Part shown: one piece after another, positions 8,151 to 18,495 of the stretch
Layout of the letters: each line of letters opens with the position of its first letter
Position numbering within the stretch: position 1 is the stretch's first letter
Assembly: GCA_013694495.1 (NCBI GenBank)
Contig: JACDCH010000056.1
Coordinates: 1 to 40,699 of the forward strand
DNA length: 40,699 nucleotides
Direction of reading: 5' to 3'
Origin: Acidimicrobiia bacterium
GTDB lineage: Bacteria > Actinomycetota > Acidimicrobiia > Acidimicrobiales > JACDCH01
Position numbers and translations under genes: made by a program
Notes under the pieces: model-generated
Databases searched by the model: none
What the model was told of the DNA's origin: nothing
What the model saw: only the letters and a program-made list of their open reading frames with translations

Positions 8151-9559
8151 CTGAGGCCGTCGAGCTCCGTCTCCAGGACCTCGCCCGCTGCTTCGACGGC
8201 GCCATCCCGGTGGTGCTCGTCACCGTGTCGGCCGCCGGCGTCCCCAACGTCACCTACCTCTCCAAGGCCCACGTCGTCGACCACGAGCGCATCGCCCTCT
8301 CGAACCAGTTCCTGTCGAAGTCGGCCCGGAACCTGGCCGAGGTGCCGCGAGGTTCGCTCCTGATCATCGAGCCGACGGCGCACGACGAGTACCGCCTCGA
8401 CATCGCGTACGAGCGGACCGAGCGCCGGGGCCGGGTGTTCGACGAGCTCAAGTCGGAGATCGACGCCATCGCTGCGCACACGGGGATGCAGGAGGTGTTC
8501 CGGCTCCGGGCCGCCGACATCTACCGGGTCACCCGCATCCGCCAGGTGCCAGCCAACGAGCGGGCGGACGGCAGTGCCGGCACCGACCCGTGGACCACCC
8601 GGCCTCCTCGCGCCACCGCCGACGTCGCCGGCCTCGGCGAGCTCTGCGCCCGCATCGCCCGGTGCACCGACCTGGACGTCCTCGTGAAGGTCACGCTCGA
8701 CGGGCTGGCCGAGCTGCTCAGCTACGAGCAGTCGATGCTCCTGCTCCTCGACGAGGGAGGCCGCCGCCTGTTCACCCTCGCCAGCCACGGCTACGAGCAC
8801 GAGGGCGTCGGGTCCGAGGTGGCGGTTGGCGAGGGAGTCATCGGGCTCGCCGCCGAGCGGGCGGCGCCGGTCCGGGTCGGGAACGCGCACCAGATCGCCA
8901 AGTACGCGAGGTCCGTCCGCCGGTCGTTCGAGGCTTCCGGCGCGATCGAGCCGGGGCGCGAGATCGAGCTCCCCGGTCTCCCCTTCGCCGACAGCCGGGT
9001 GGCCGTCCCGGCCTTGGCGCTCGGGCAGCTGGTCGGGGTGCTGGCCGTCGAGGCGGTGGCATCGGCCGAGTTCGTCGCCGCCGACGAGGCCGCGCTCACG
9101 GTGATCGCATCGCTCGTCGGCACGGCGATCGAATCCATTCGAGCCGAGGAACGGGCCGCATCAGCTGGCGCGCCGGCGAAGACGTCACCGTCCGCGTCGC
9201 CGATGGCAGGCGCGGCCGGCGCGGCGCCCACGACCCACGTCCGGTTCTTCGCGATCGACGGCAGCACGTTCCTCGACGGCGACTACGTCATCAAGGGCGT
9301 TGCCGGACGCCTCCTCTGGTCCCTGCTGCGGCAGTACGAGCGCGAGGGCCGCACCGAGTTCACCAACCGCGAGGTCCGTCTGGACCCGACGCTCGCCCTT
9401 CCCGACTTCCGCGACAACTTCGAGAGCCGCTTGATCCTGCTGAAGCGGCGGCTCGACGAGCGGGAGGCGACGATCCGCGTCGAGAAGACCGGCAGGGGCC
9501 GCTTCCGCCTCGCCGTCACGGGCAACGTCCGCCTCGACGAGTTGCCCACCTCGAGCTAA
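8147..9559 (+). CDS. Three-domain protein: PNPOx-like split barrel + GAF + C-terminal winged-helix-like (OmpR/PhoB-type) domain
   Basis: The GTG at 8147 overlaps the upstream TGA (GTGA). Residues 1-135 are split-barrel-like (IPVVLVTVSAAGVPNVTYLS...). Residues ~165-330 are GAF-like (LDGLAELLSYEQSMLLLLDEGGRRL...GEGVIGLAAERAAPVRV...VAVPALALGQLVGVLAVE). The C-terminus GRLLWSLLRQY..GRTEFTNREVRL....FESRLILLKRRLDE...IRVEKTGRGRFRL mimics a trans_reg_C winged helix. Confidence 0.8.
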   Translation: MTEAVELRLQDLARCFDGAIPVVLVTVSAAGVPNVTYLSKAHVVDHERIALSNQFLSKSARNLAEVPRGSLLIIEPTAHDEYRLDIAYERTERRGRVFDELKSEIDAIAAHTGMQEVFRLRAADIYRVTRIRQVPANERADGSAGTDPWTTRPPRATADVAGLGELCARIARCTDLDVLVKVTLDGLAELLSYEQSMLLLLDEGGRRLFTLASHGYEHEGVGSEVAVGEGVIGLAAERAAPVRVGNAHQIAKYARSVRRSFEASGAIEPGREIELPGLPFADSRVAVPALALGQLVGVLAVEAVASAEFVAADEAALTVIASLVGTAIESIRAEERAASAGAPAKTSPSASPMAGAAGAAPTTHVRFFAIDGSTFLDGDYVIKGVAGRLLWSLLRQYEREGRTEFTNREVRLDPTLALPDFRDNFESRLILLKRRLDEREATIRVEKTGRGRFRLAVTGNVRLDELPTSS

Positions 9560-9574
9560 CTCGCCGGGTGTCGT

Positions 9575-10029
9575 CCCCTCGCGGGTCGATGCCGCGGGCG
9601 TTGCGCAGGAAGGCGCGGGCGGCGGGGTCGGTGGTGAGGGACTCGGCCTTCTCGCAAGCGGCGGCCGCACCGTCGCCGTTGCCGCCGCCGGCGGCGGCGG
9701 CGGCGAGGAGGTGGGCGCCGAGCAGCCCATGCCGGCTGGAACCGGGCCAGCCGTTCGGCGTCGAGCGTCGCCAGCGCGTCGAGCCCGGCGTCGAGGTCGG
9801 GGACATCGATGACGAACACGCCGCGAGCATCTCCTTGGCCTCCGCGAACGGGCCGTCCTGGACCTGCAGGCTGCCCTGGCGGGTGGTCACCTGGCTCGAC
9901 GCCGTGATGTCGGCGCCCTCGAAGGCCGCCTGCAGTTGCTGGCGCCCCTCGCGGCGAACGATCCGGATGATCTCACCCATCGGGGCCCAGCCGACGACGT
10001 CGGGGACCTCTCGCCGCGACGCGCTCCCC
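9575..10029 (-). pseudogene. Fusion remnant: N-truncated, frameshifted YCII/DGPF-family gene joined to the C-terminal tail of its usual ECF-sigma neighbour
   Basis: VTTRQGSLQVQDGPFAEAKEML, then after a -1 shift VFVIDVPDLDAGLDAL (YCII end). This runs directly into LDAERLARFQP.HGLLGAHLLAAAAAGGG...ACEKAESLTTDPAARAFLRNA, the C-terminal helical tail of YCII-associated ECF sigma factors. There is an in-frame TAG just upstream of the fragment. Confidence 0.6.
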
Positions 10030-10042
10030 CTACGGTTCAGCT

Positions 10043-10576
10043 ATGACCGAGAAGCGGATCGAAGTTCAGCGGATGATCGCAGCCGGGCCGGCGGCGATCT
10101 TCGGGGTGCTGGCGACGCCCGACGGGCACGTCGCCATCGACGCGTCGGGGATGTTGATGTGGGCGGAGGGGGAGCCCGCCGCGGCCGTAGGGGATCGCTT
10201 CGTCGTGCACATGGATCGCGACTCGCTGCGTGACTTCGACATGGGCGAGTACGAGGTCACCGTCGTCATCACCCGGTTCGAGCGGGATCGCGAGATCGCG
10301 TGGACGGTGGAGGGGGTGCTGCAGCCGCCCATCGGGCACGTCTATGGCTACCGACTCGAGCCGACCGAGGGCGGAACGCTCGTCACGTCGTTCTACGACT
10401 GGTCCGACATCCACGAGGACTACCAGGCGGTGGCGGACTCGCTGTTCCCGGTCATCTCCGAGCGGAACCTGCTCGCGACGCTGGGGATCCTGTCGCGGAC
10501 GGTCGCGTCCCGACAGGGTCGGCCCGGCGCCAAGCGCACCACGCGTGACGGCGCGGTCGGCGACGCCGAGTCCTAG
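10043..10576 (+). CDS. SRPBCC (START/polyketide-cyclase-like) family protein
   Basis: IEVQRMIAAGPAAIFGVLATPDGHVAIDAS...YEVTVVITRFERDREIAWTV...GYRLEPTEGGTLVTSFYDWS is the typical SRPBCC strand pattern. High GC3. Confidence 0.8.
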   Translation: MTEKRIEVQRMIAAGPAAIFGVLATPDGHVAIDASGMLMWAEGEPAAAVGDRFVVHMDRDSLRDFDMGEYEVTVVITRFERDREIAWTVEGVLQPPIGHVYGYRLEPTEGGTLVTSFYDWSDIHEDYQAVADSLFPVISERNLLATLGILSRTVASRQGRPGAKRTTRDGAVGDAES

Positions 10577-11743
10577 GTCGGGCTGCTCCGCCGCAACGTG
10601 CGCGGCGATGCCGACGCCCTCGGAGATGCCGACCAGCACGGCCTGGTCGCTGCCCGCGGCGTCGAGCACGGCCAGGACCTCCTCGGCTCGTTCGTGGACC
10701 GTCTCGCCCCCCCGCAGGGGGTCCGACAGCCCGGTGCCCCGCTTGTCGAACAGCAGCAGCCGGTTGCCGGCGCCGACGCGTCGGTGGAAGCGGACCCACC
10801 ACGGGAACTGCCACTGGTACTCGACGTGGGACAGGAAGCCGGGCACGACGAGGACGTCGATCGGGCCGTCGCCGACGACCTGGAACGCGACGTGCCCCGA
10901 ACCGCCCTGTGTGCCGACCAGCGCGAACTGCGTGCGGGTGGGCAGCGCCACCGCTTCGACGCCGTCCAGCCCGGTACGGATCTCGAGCGAGGTGGCGTCG
11001 GGCACCTCCAGCTCGGGCTGGCGCTCGAGGATGGCGAGCTCGAGCTCGGCCAGCGACGGGCCGGGAGCGACCCCGACCTCGTCGGCCAGGACCCGCCGGT
11101 AGTCCTGGAAGCGGCGCAGCGCGTCGACGGCGCGTCCGTCGCGGTAGAGCACGAGCATCTGGAGGCGCACGAGCCGCTCGCGGTACGGGTGATCGACGAG
11201 CAGCAGCTGGATGCGGTCGTCCAGGCCCGCCGTCTGCCCGAGCTCGAGGTCGAGCTCCAGCCCGTCCTCGATGGCGTCGAGCCGGAGCCGGTCGAGTCGG
11301 GTGATCGCCGGATGCGTGAAGCCGGCGGCGACCAGGTCCGCCAGGGCATCGCCCCGCCAGAGGGCGAGGGCTGCCCCGAGTTGATCCCGCACGGCCGCCG
11401 CGACGTCGCCGGCCCGAGCCGCCGACGCGAGCCGCTCGAAGCAGCGAGCATCGAGGTGGTCGTCGTCGAGGTCGAACCGGTAGCCGCCGCCCCAGGTCGA
11501 CAGCTCGGCCCACGGCGCCGCCAGGACCTGGCGCACCTGCTTGACGTAGGTCTGCAGCGTGTTGGCCGCCGTGCGGGGCGGGTCGCCCTCCCACAGCGCG
11601 TCGACGAGCCAGCCGGTGCTGATCCACTCGTTGGGCTGGAGGGCGAGGAGGGCGACGAGGCGGCGGACTTTGGGCGGCAGCGCCACGATCCCGCCGTCGA
11701 CCTCCAGCTCCAACGGCCCGAGGATCCGGAGCCCGTCCGCCAT
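10577..11743 (-). CDS. SARP (AfsR/DnrI-type winged helix + BTAD) regulator fused to an alpha/beta-hydrolase domain that appears 3'-truncated
   Basis: ATG at 11743. LRILGPLELEVDG...PKVRRLVALLALQPNEWISTGWLVDALWEGDPP (SARP wHTH). ALWRGDALADL...HPYRERLVRLQMLVLYRDGRAVDALRRFQDYRRVLADEVGVAPGP (BTAD). Then VLVVPGFLSHVE...LLLFDKRGTGLSD...AVLVGISEGVGIAAHVAAEQP (hydrolase, through the nucleophile elbow only). There is no stop before it runs antisense into the SRPBCC gene. Confidence 0.75.
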
Positions 11744-11830
11744 GGTCCGACCGTAGCGATCTCGCTTCGCGGGCGCTCGGCTCCCGCCGGCGGAGCGCGG
11801 CGTGCTGATCCAGCATGATCGGAGCGGCGC

Positions 11831-11917
11831 GACCACGAGGAGTACCGGCGCGAGGACGGGCGCTGGCGCATCGCCAAGACCCACCTCGCCCGCCTCCGCC
11901 TCGACCCCCTCTCGTAG
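11831..11917 (+). pseudogene. Orphan C-terminal fragment of a SnoaL/NTF2-like gene
   Basis: DHEEYRREDGRWRIAKTHLARLRLDPLS then a stop. This matches the usual C-terminal y..r.dGrWri..r pattern of SnoaL_4/NTF2-like proteins. There is no upstream body or start. Confidence 0.35.
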
Positions 11918-11919
11918 CC

Positions 11920-12069
11920 GAGCCCCGGATCGTCACGGTCGACCAGGCCGTGGACCTGATCCGCTCGGGCAAGCCGCTCCTGCTGCAGCCGCTCGTGGGC
12001 GGCCTGCCGCCCGAGATCGCCTGGCGCTACCTCCGCATCGTCACCGACGACGTGATGACGGCGCTCTGA
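11920..12069 (+). pseudogene. Orphan coding fragment of unknown family (near 100 percent GC3, about 50 codons)
   Basis: EPRIVTVDQAVDLIRSGKPLLLQPLVGGLPPEIAWRYLRIVTDDVMTAL then a stop. It vaguely resembles a CoA-transferase N-terminus. The upstream part of the tracked ORF is junk. Confidence 0.3.
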
Positions 12070-12104
12070 CCGCCTGCCCCCGTCCGGGGGTTACGGTCGG
12101 CCGG

Positions 12105-13099
12105 GTGCGACGTGCGGTGTGGACGGAGGCCGGGCTCGAGGTCGTCGAGGCGGAGCCGGGGCCGCTCGGGGTGGGGTGGGTGCGGCTGCGGGTCGAGGCG
12201 TGCGGCATCTGCGGGTCCGACCTGCACTGGTGGCACGGTCACCTCCGGCGGCCGTTGGGCACGGCACCGGGCCACGAGCTCGCGGGCATCGTCGTCGACG
12301 GGCCGGCCGGGCTCGCCGACGTGCGCTACGCGGTGTCGCCCAACGTGAGCTGCGGCTCGTGCTCGTACTGCCGCACCGGGCGCACGAACCTCTGCAACCG
12401 GGGCGGGCCGGGGCTCGGGCTCGGGCGCGACGGCGGGCTGGCCGAGCTCGTCGACGCGCCGGTGGCCAACCTGGCGCCGGTGCCCGACAGCGTCGACCCG
12501 GTGGTCGCATCGCTGACGGAACCGCTGGCGGTGGCCGTCCGCGGTGTCGGTCGGGCCCAGGTCGAGCCGGACAGCACGGTGCTCGTGCTGGGCGGCGGAA
12601 CGATCGGCCTGTGTGCGGCGCTCGTCGCCCGTGACCGGGCCCGGCTCGTCGCCATCTCGGCCCGCCACCCTCACCAGCGCGCCGCCGCCGAGCGCCTCGG
12701 GGTCACCGTCATCGGCGAGGACGAGGTGGTGTCGTGGGGCAAGGAGCACCGACCCGACGTCGTCGTGGAGAGCGTCGGCGGCGTGGCCGACACCCTCGAC
12801 ACCGCCGTCCGGGTCGTGGCCCGGGGCGGGCGGATCGCGCTGCTCGGCACGTTCGGCACGCCGAGAGCAGTCGACCTGCAGCGGCTGATGATGAAGGAGG
12901 TCGCGCTGCTCGGGTCGTTCTGCTACGGCAGCGGCGAGCGGGAGGCCGAGTTCGGCACCGCCGCCCGCCTCACCGGCCGCTGGCGCAGCGAGCTCCGCGG
13001 GCTGACGACGCATCAGTTCCCGCTCGAAGCGGTGGCGGACGCCTTCGCCACCGCCGACGACAAGACCACCGGCGCCATCAAGGTGACGATCACCCCGAG

Positions 13100-13103
<4 letters not shown>
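12105..13103 (+). CDS. Zinc-dependent medium-chain dehydrogenase/reductase (threonine/sorbitol dehydrogenase-like)
   Basis: VEACGICGSDLHWWHG, GHELAG, CGSCSYCRTGRTNLC (structural Zn) and VLVLGGGTIGL (Rossmann). GTG start at 12105 is assumed. Confidence 0.85.
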
Positions 13104-15490
<2,387 letters not shown>

Positions 15491-15540
15491 CCTGTCTCCT
15501 CTGGTGAACGGTCGTCTCGGTTGGCGGCGCCGGCCTGGGG

Positions 15541-15939
15541 TCAGGCCTGCGCGATGCGCACGAGGTTGCCGGAAGGATCGCGGAACGCGCAGTCCCGGGC
15601 GCCCCAGGGCTGGGACTTGGGCTCCTCGAGCACCTCGGCGCCCGACGCCCGGAGCTTCTCGAACGTGGTGTCGAGGTCGTCCGAGCTGAAGATGGCGGCT
15701 TGGAGCGACCCCTTCGTCACGAGCGACAGGAGGGCGTCGCCCTCGGTCTGCGAACGACCGCCGTGCGGCTGGAACAGCACGACGTTCAGGTCCTGACCCT
15801 CCGCGCCGACGGTGACCCAGCGGAACCCGTCGGCCGCGACGTCGTTGCGGACCTCGAGGCCGAGCCCGTCGCGGTAGAAGCCGAGCGCCTCGTCGGGGTC
15901 GTGGACGGGAATGAACATGGTGGAGACGGTGACTGCCAT
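15541..15939 (-). CDS. VOC (glyoxalase/bleomycin-resistance/dioxygenase) family protein
   Basis: 132 aa. FIPVHDPDEALGFYRDGLGLEV...WGARDCAFRDPSGNLVRI is the typical VOC beta-alpha-beta-beta-beta pattern. Confidence 0.9.
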   Translation of the reverse strand: MAVTVSTMFIPVHDPDEALGFYRDGLGLEVRNDVAADGFRWVTVGAEGQDLNVVLFQPHGGRSQTEGDALLSLVTKGSLQAAIFSSDDLDTTFEKLRASGAEVLEEPKSQPWGARDCAFRDPSGNLVRIAQA

Positions 15940-16014
15940 GCCTCGACCGTACGAGCGCGGGCCGGCCGGGTGCTTCTCCGATCGTGCTCCGGTGCCGACG
16001 CCGACCGGCTGCGG

Positions 16015-16506
16015 TCAGACCGTCGCAGGACGGCGCCGCGGTCGCGTCGCCACCTTGCTGACGCAGGCCGGCACCACCTCGACCTGGCGGTGGTCGCGCG
16101 CCCGGTAGCGGGAGGGCGACTCACCGACGATCTCGGTGAACCGCGAGCTGAACGATCCGAGCGACGTGCACCCCACGGTGACGCACGCGTCGGTGACCGA
16201 CATCCCCTGGCGTAGGAGCGCCTTGGCGCGCTCGATGCGACGGGTCATGAGGTAGGCGTACGGCGTCTCGCCGTAGGCGGCCCGGAACTTGCGCGAGAAG
16301 TGCGCGGGCGACATCAGGGCCGCCCGCGCCATCGTCGGCACGTCGAGGGGCTCGGCGTACGTGCGGTCGATGTGGTCCCGGGCCCGCCGCAGGTGCGCCA
16401 GGTCGGCGAGCTCTCCCGGCGTCATGCCGACAGACGGTACGCGACGGCTCGGCCGCCCTCCCGCTCGACGCCGGCGCGACTCGTCGATCGTGAACCCGGT
16501 GATCAT
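16015..16506 (-). CDS. AraC-family HTH transcriptional regulator (short form)
   Basis: LRRARDHIDRTYAEPLDVPTMARAALMSPAHFSRKFRAAYGETPYAYLMTRRIERAKALLRQGMSVTDACVTVGCTSLGSFSSRF is a double HTH_18 signature. An alternative ATG start is at 16425. Confidence 0.85.
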   Translation of the reverse strand: MITGFTIDESRRRRAGGRPSRRVPSVGMTPGELADLAHLRRARDHIDRTYAEPLDVPTMARAALMSPAHFSRKFRAAYGETPYAYLMTRRIERAKALLRQGMSVTDACVTVGCTSLGSFSSRFTEIVGESPSRYRARDHRQVEVVPACVSKVATRPRRRPATV

Positions 16507-16508
16507 CG

Positions 16509-17084
16509 TCAGACGCGCTCGATGATGATGGCGGGCGCCATCCCGCCGCCGGCACACATCGTGACCAGCCCGACCTGCTTGTCCCGGAGCTCGAGCTCGT
16601 CGAGGACGGTGCCGATGAGGATGGCTCCGGTGGCGCCGATGGGGTGGCCCAGGGCCATCGCCCCGCCGTTGACGTTGACCTTGTCGCGATCGAGGTCGAG
16701 GTCGCGCATGAACTTCTCGGAGACCACCGCGAAGGCCTCGTTCACCTCGAACAGGTCGATGTCGTCGACGGTCATGCCGGCCCGGGCCAGGATCTTGCGG
16801 GCCGAGGGCACCGGCGCGTTCAGCATGAGCGTCGGGTCGTCGCCCATGTTCGAGCTGGCGACCACCCGCGCCCGGGGCTTCAGGCCATGGGCCTGACGTC
16901 ACCTGGGAGCTCGTGCCCCACACGATGTCGTCGACCTCGGCCGTGTCGAACCCGTTGCGCTCGGCAAGGGCGGCGAGCACCGTGGCCGCGATGTGCTGCG
17001 GGTGGAGGTGGGCGAGGGCGCCCTTGCCCTGCTTGCCGATCCCCGAGGCGTGCGGCAGGCATCGATGATGAAGGCGTCGGCCAT
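16509..17084 (-). pseudogene. Acetyl-CoA acetyltransferase (thiolase) remnant: frameshift plus loss of about 200 central codons
   Basis: AGGGGA SD plus ATG at 17084. MADAFIIDACRTPRG, a 1-nt shift near 17045, then IGKQGKGALAHLHPQHIAATVLAALAERNGFDTAEVDDIVWGTSSQV. This joins at ~16895 directly to [34 protein letters not shown]...[17 protein letters not shown]...[15 protein letters not shown]. The catalytic Cys region is absent. Confidence 0.8.
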
Positions 17085-17182
17085 GGTGATCCCCTGTCGT
17101 CGAGCGGTCGCGGCCGAGCCTCCCAGGTCCGGTGGCGGGTGATCCAGCGGGGCACCGCCGCAGCACTGGGTACGTTCGGGGG

Positions 17183-18448
17183 ATGGCCCCCATCGAACCG
17201 ACGCGGCTGATCGAGCCCGACTTCTGGCAGCTGCCGCTCGACGACCGCATGGCGGAGTTCGCCGTGCTGCGCGAGCAGGGCGCATTCCTCCCGATCGAGT
17301 TCCACAACCCGATGACCGACGACACCGAGCGGTTCCAGGCGGTCACGCGCTACGCCGAGGTGGTCGACATCAGCCGGCGCCCGCAGGACTTCTGCTCGGG
17401 CCAGGGCGCCGTATCGATCCCCGACATGCCCGCCGAGGCGCTCGAGTTCTTCGGTTCGTTCATCAACATGGACGACCCGCGCCACGCCCGCCAGCGCGGC
17501 ATCGTCGCCCGCTCGTTCACCCCGAAGCAGCTCCAGGGGGTCCTCGACTCGGTGGAGACGATCTGCACCGAGGTGATCGACGGGTTCTGCGAGCAGGGCG
17601 AGGTCGACCTCGTCGAGGTGCTGTCGCAGCCGTTCCCGCTGCTGGTGATCTGCGACATGATGGGCATCCCCCGCAGCGAGTTCTCCACGGTGCTCCAGGC
17701 CACGAATGTGATCCTCGGCGCCGGCGACCCGGACATGACCGGCGGTGGCGATCCGCTGGCCGCGGTGTTCGAGGCGGGCATGCAGCTGATCACGCTCATG
17801 AACGAGCTGGCCGACCGGCGCCGGGCCGAGCCGACCAACGACCTCACCTCGGCCCTGGTCCACAACGACCTCGGCGAGGACATGCTCGCCCCGCACGAGA
17901 TCGGCCCGTTCTTCATCCTCCTCGCGGTTGCCGGCAACGACACGACCCGCACGGCGATCAGTCACGGGATGGACCTCCTGCACCGCAACCCCGACGAGCG
18001 GGAGCGGTGGAAGAACGACCTCGACGGCGTCGGGGCCACCGCGGTCGAGGAGATCGTGCGGGCCGCCTCGCCCGTGACCTACATGCGGCGCACGGCGACG
18101 CAGGACACGACCGTGGGGGACCACGAGCTGCACGAGGGCGACAAGGTGGTGCTGTTCTACGGCGCGGCCAACCGCGACCCCCGCGTGTTCGACGAGCCCG
18201 AGCGCTTCGACGTCCTGCGCAACCCGAACAACCACGTCGGATTCGGCGGGCCCGGGCCCCACTTCTGCCTCGGCGCCCACCTCGCCCGGCGCGAGGTGAG
18301 CGTCGCCTTCCGCCAGCTGCTCCGCCGCCTGCCCGACATCGAGCTGGCCGGCGCACCGGTGCCGCTCGAGCCGATGGGCGTCCCGCTCGTCGGTGGCATC
18401 AAGCGCCTCCCCGTCCGGTTCACGCCGACGCCCGAGGTCGGCTCGTAG
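17183..18448 (+). CDS. Cytochrome P450 (CYP124/125/142-like lipid/steroid side-chain hydroxylase type)
   Basis: AGNDTTR (I-helix), EEIVRAASP (ExxR), and heme loop FGGPGPHFCLGAHLAR. GGGGGA SD before the ATG at 17183. Confidence 0.95.
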   Translation: MAPIEPTRLIEPDFWQLPLDDRMAEFAVLREQGAFLPIEFHNPMTDDTERFQAVTRYAEVVDISRRPQDFCSGQGAVSIPDMPAEALEFFGSFINMDDPRHARQRGIVARSFTPKQLQGVLDSVETICTEVIDGFCEQGEVDLVEVLSQPFPLLVICDMMGIPRSEFSTVLQATNVILGAGDPDMTGGGDPLAAVFEAGMQLITLMNELADRRRAEPTNDLTSALVHNDLGEDMLAPHEIGPFFILLAVAGNDTTRTAISHGMDLLHRNPDERERWKNDLDGVGATAVEEIVRAASPVTYMRRTATQDTTVGDHELHEGDKVVLFYGAANRDPRVFDEPERFDVLRNPNNHVGFGGPGPHFCLGAHLARREVSVAFRQLLRRLPDIELAGAPVPLEPMGVPLVGGIKRLPVRFTPTPEVGS

Positions 18449-18462
18449 TCGCTCGTCGGGAA

Positions 18463-18482
18463 ACTTGACCGTCCGGTCAAGT
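18463..18482. promoter_or_regulatory. Perfect 9+9 palindrome upstream of the ACAD gene; candidate TetR-type operator
   Basis: ACTTGACCG TC CGGTCAAGT, 14 nt before the ATG at 18496 within a 47-nt intergenic region. Confidence 0.4.
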
Positions 18483-18495
18483 ACGGTCTGCGTCC

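Noticed and set aside
17085-17182. KstR/KstR2-type operator in the thiolase-P450 divergent region.
   Set aside because: I could not find a TnnAACnnGTTnnA-like or AnCAAGnnCTTGnT-like palindrome there by eye.
16015-17346. 443-aa minus-strand ORF as a single gene.
   Set aside because: It concatenates the AraC regulator with out-of-frame readings of the thiolase remnant and the antisense of the P450 5' end.
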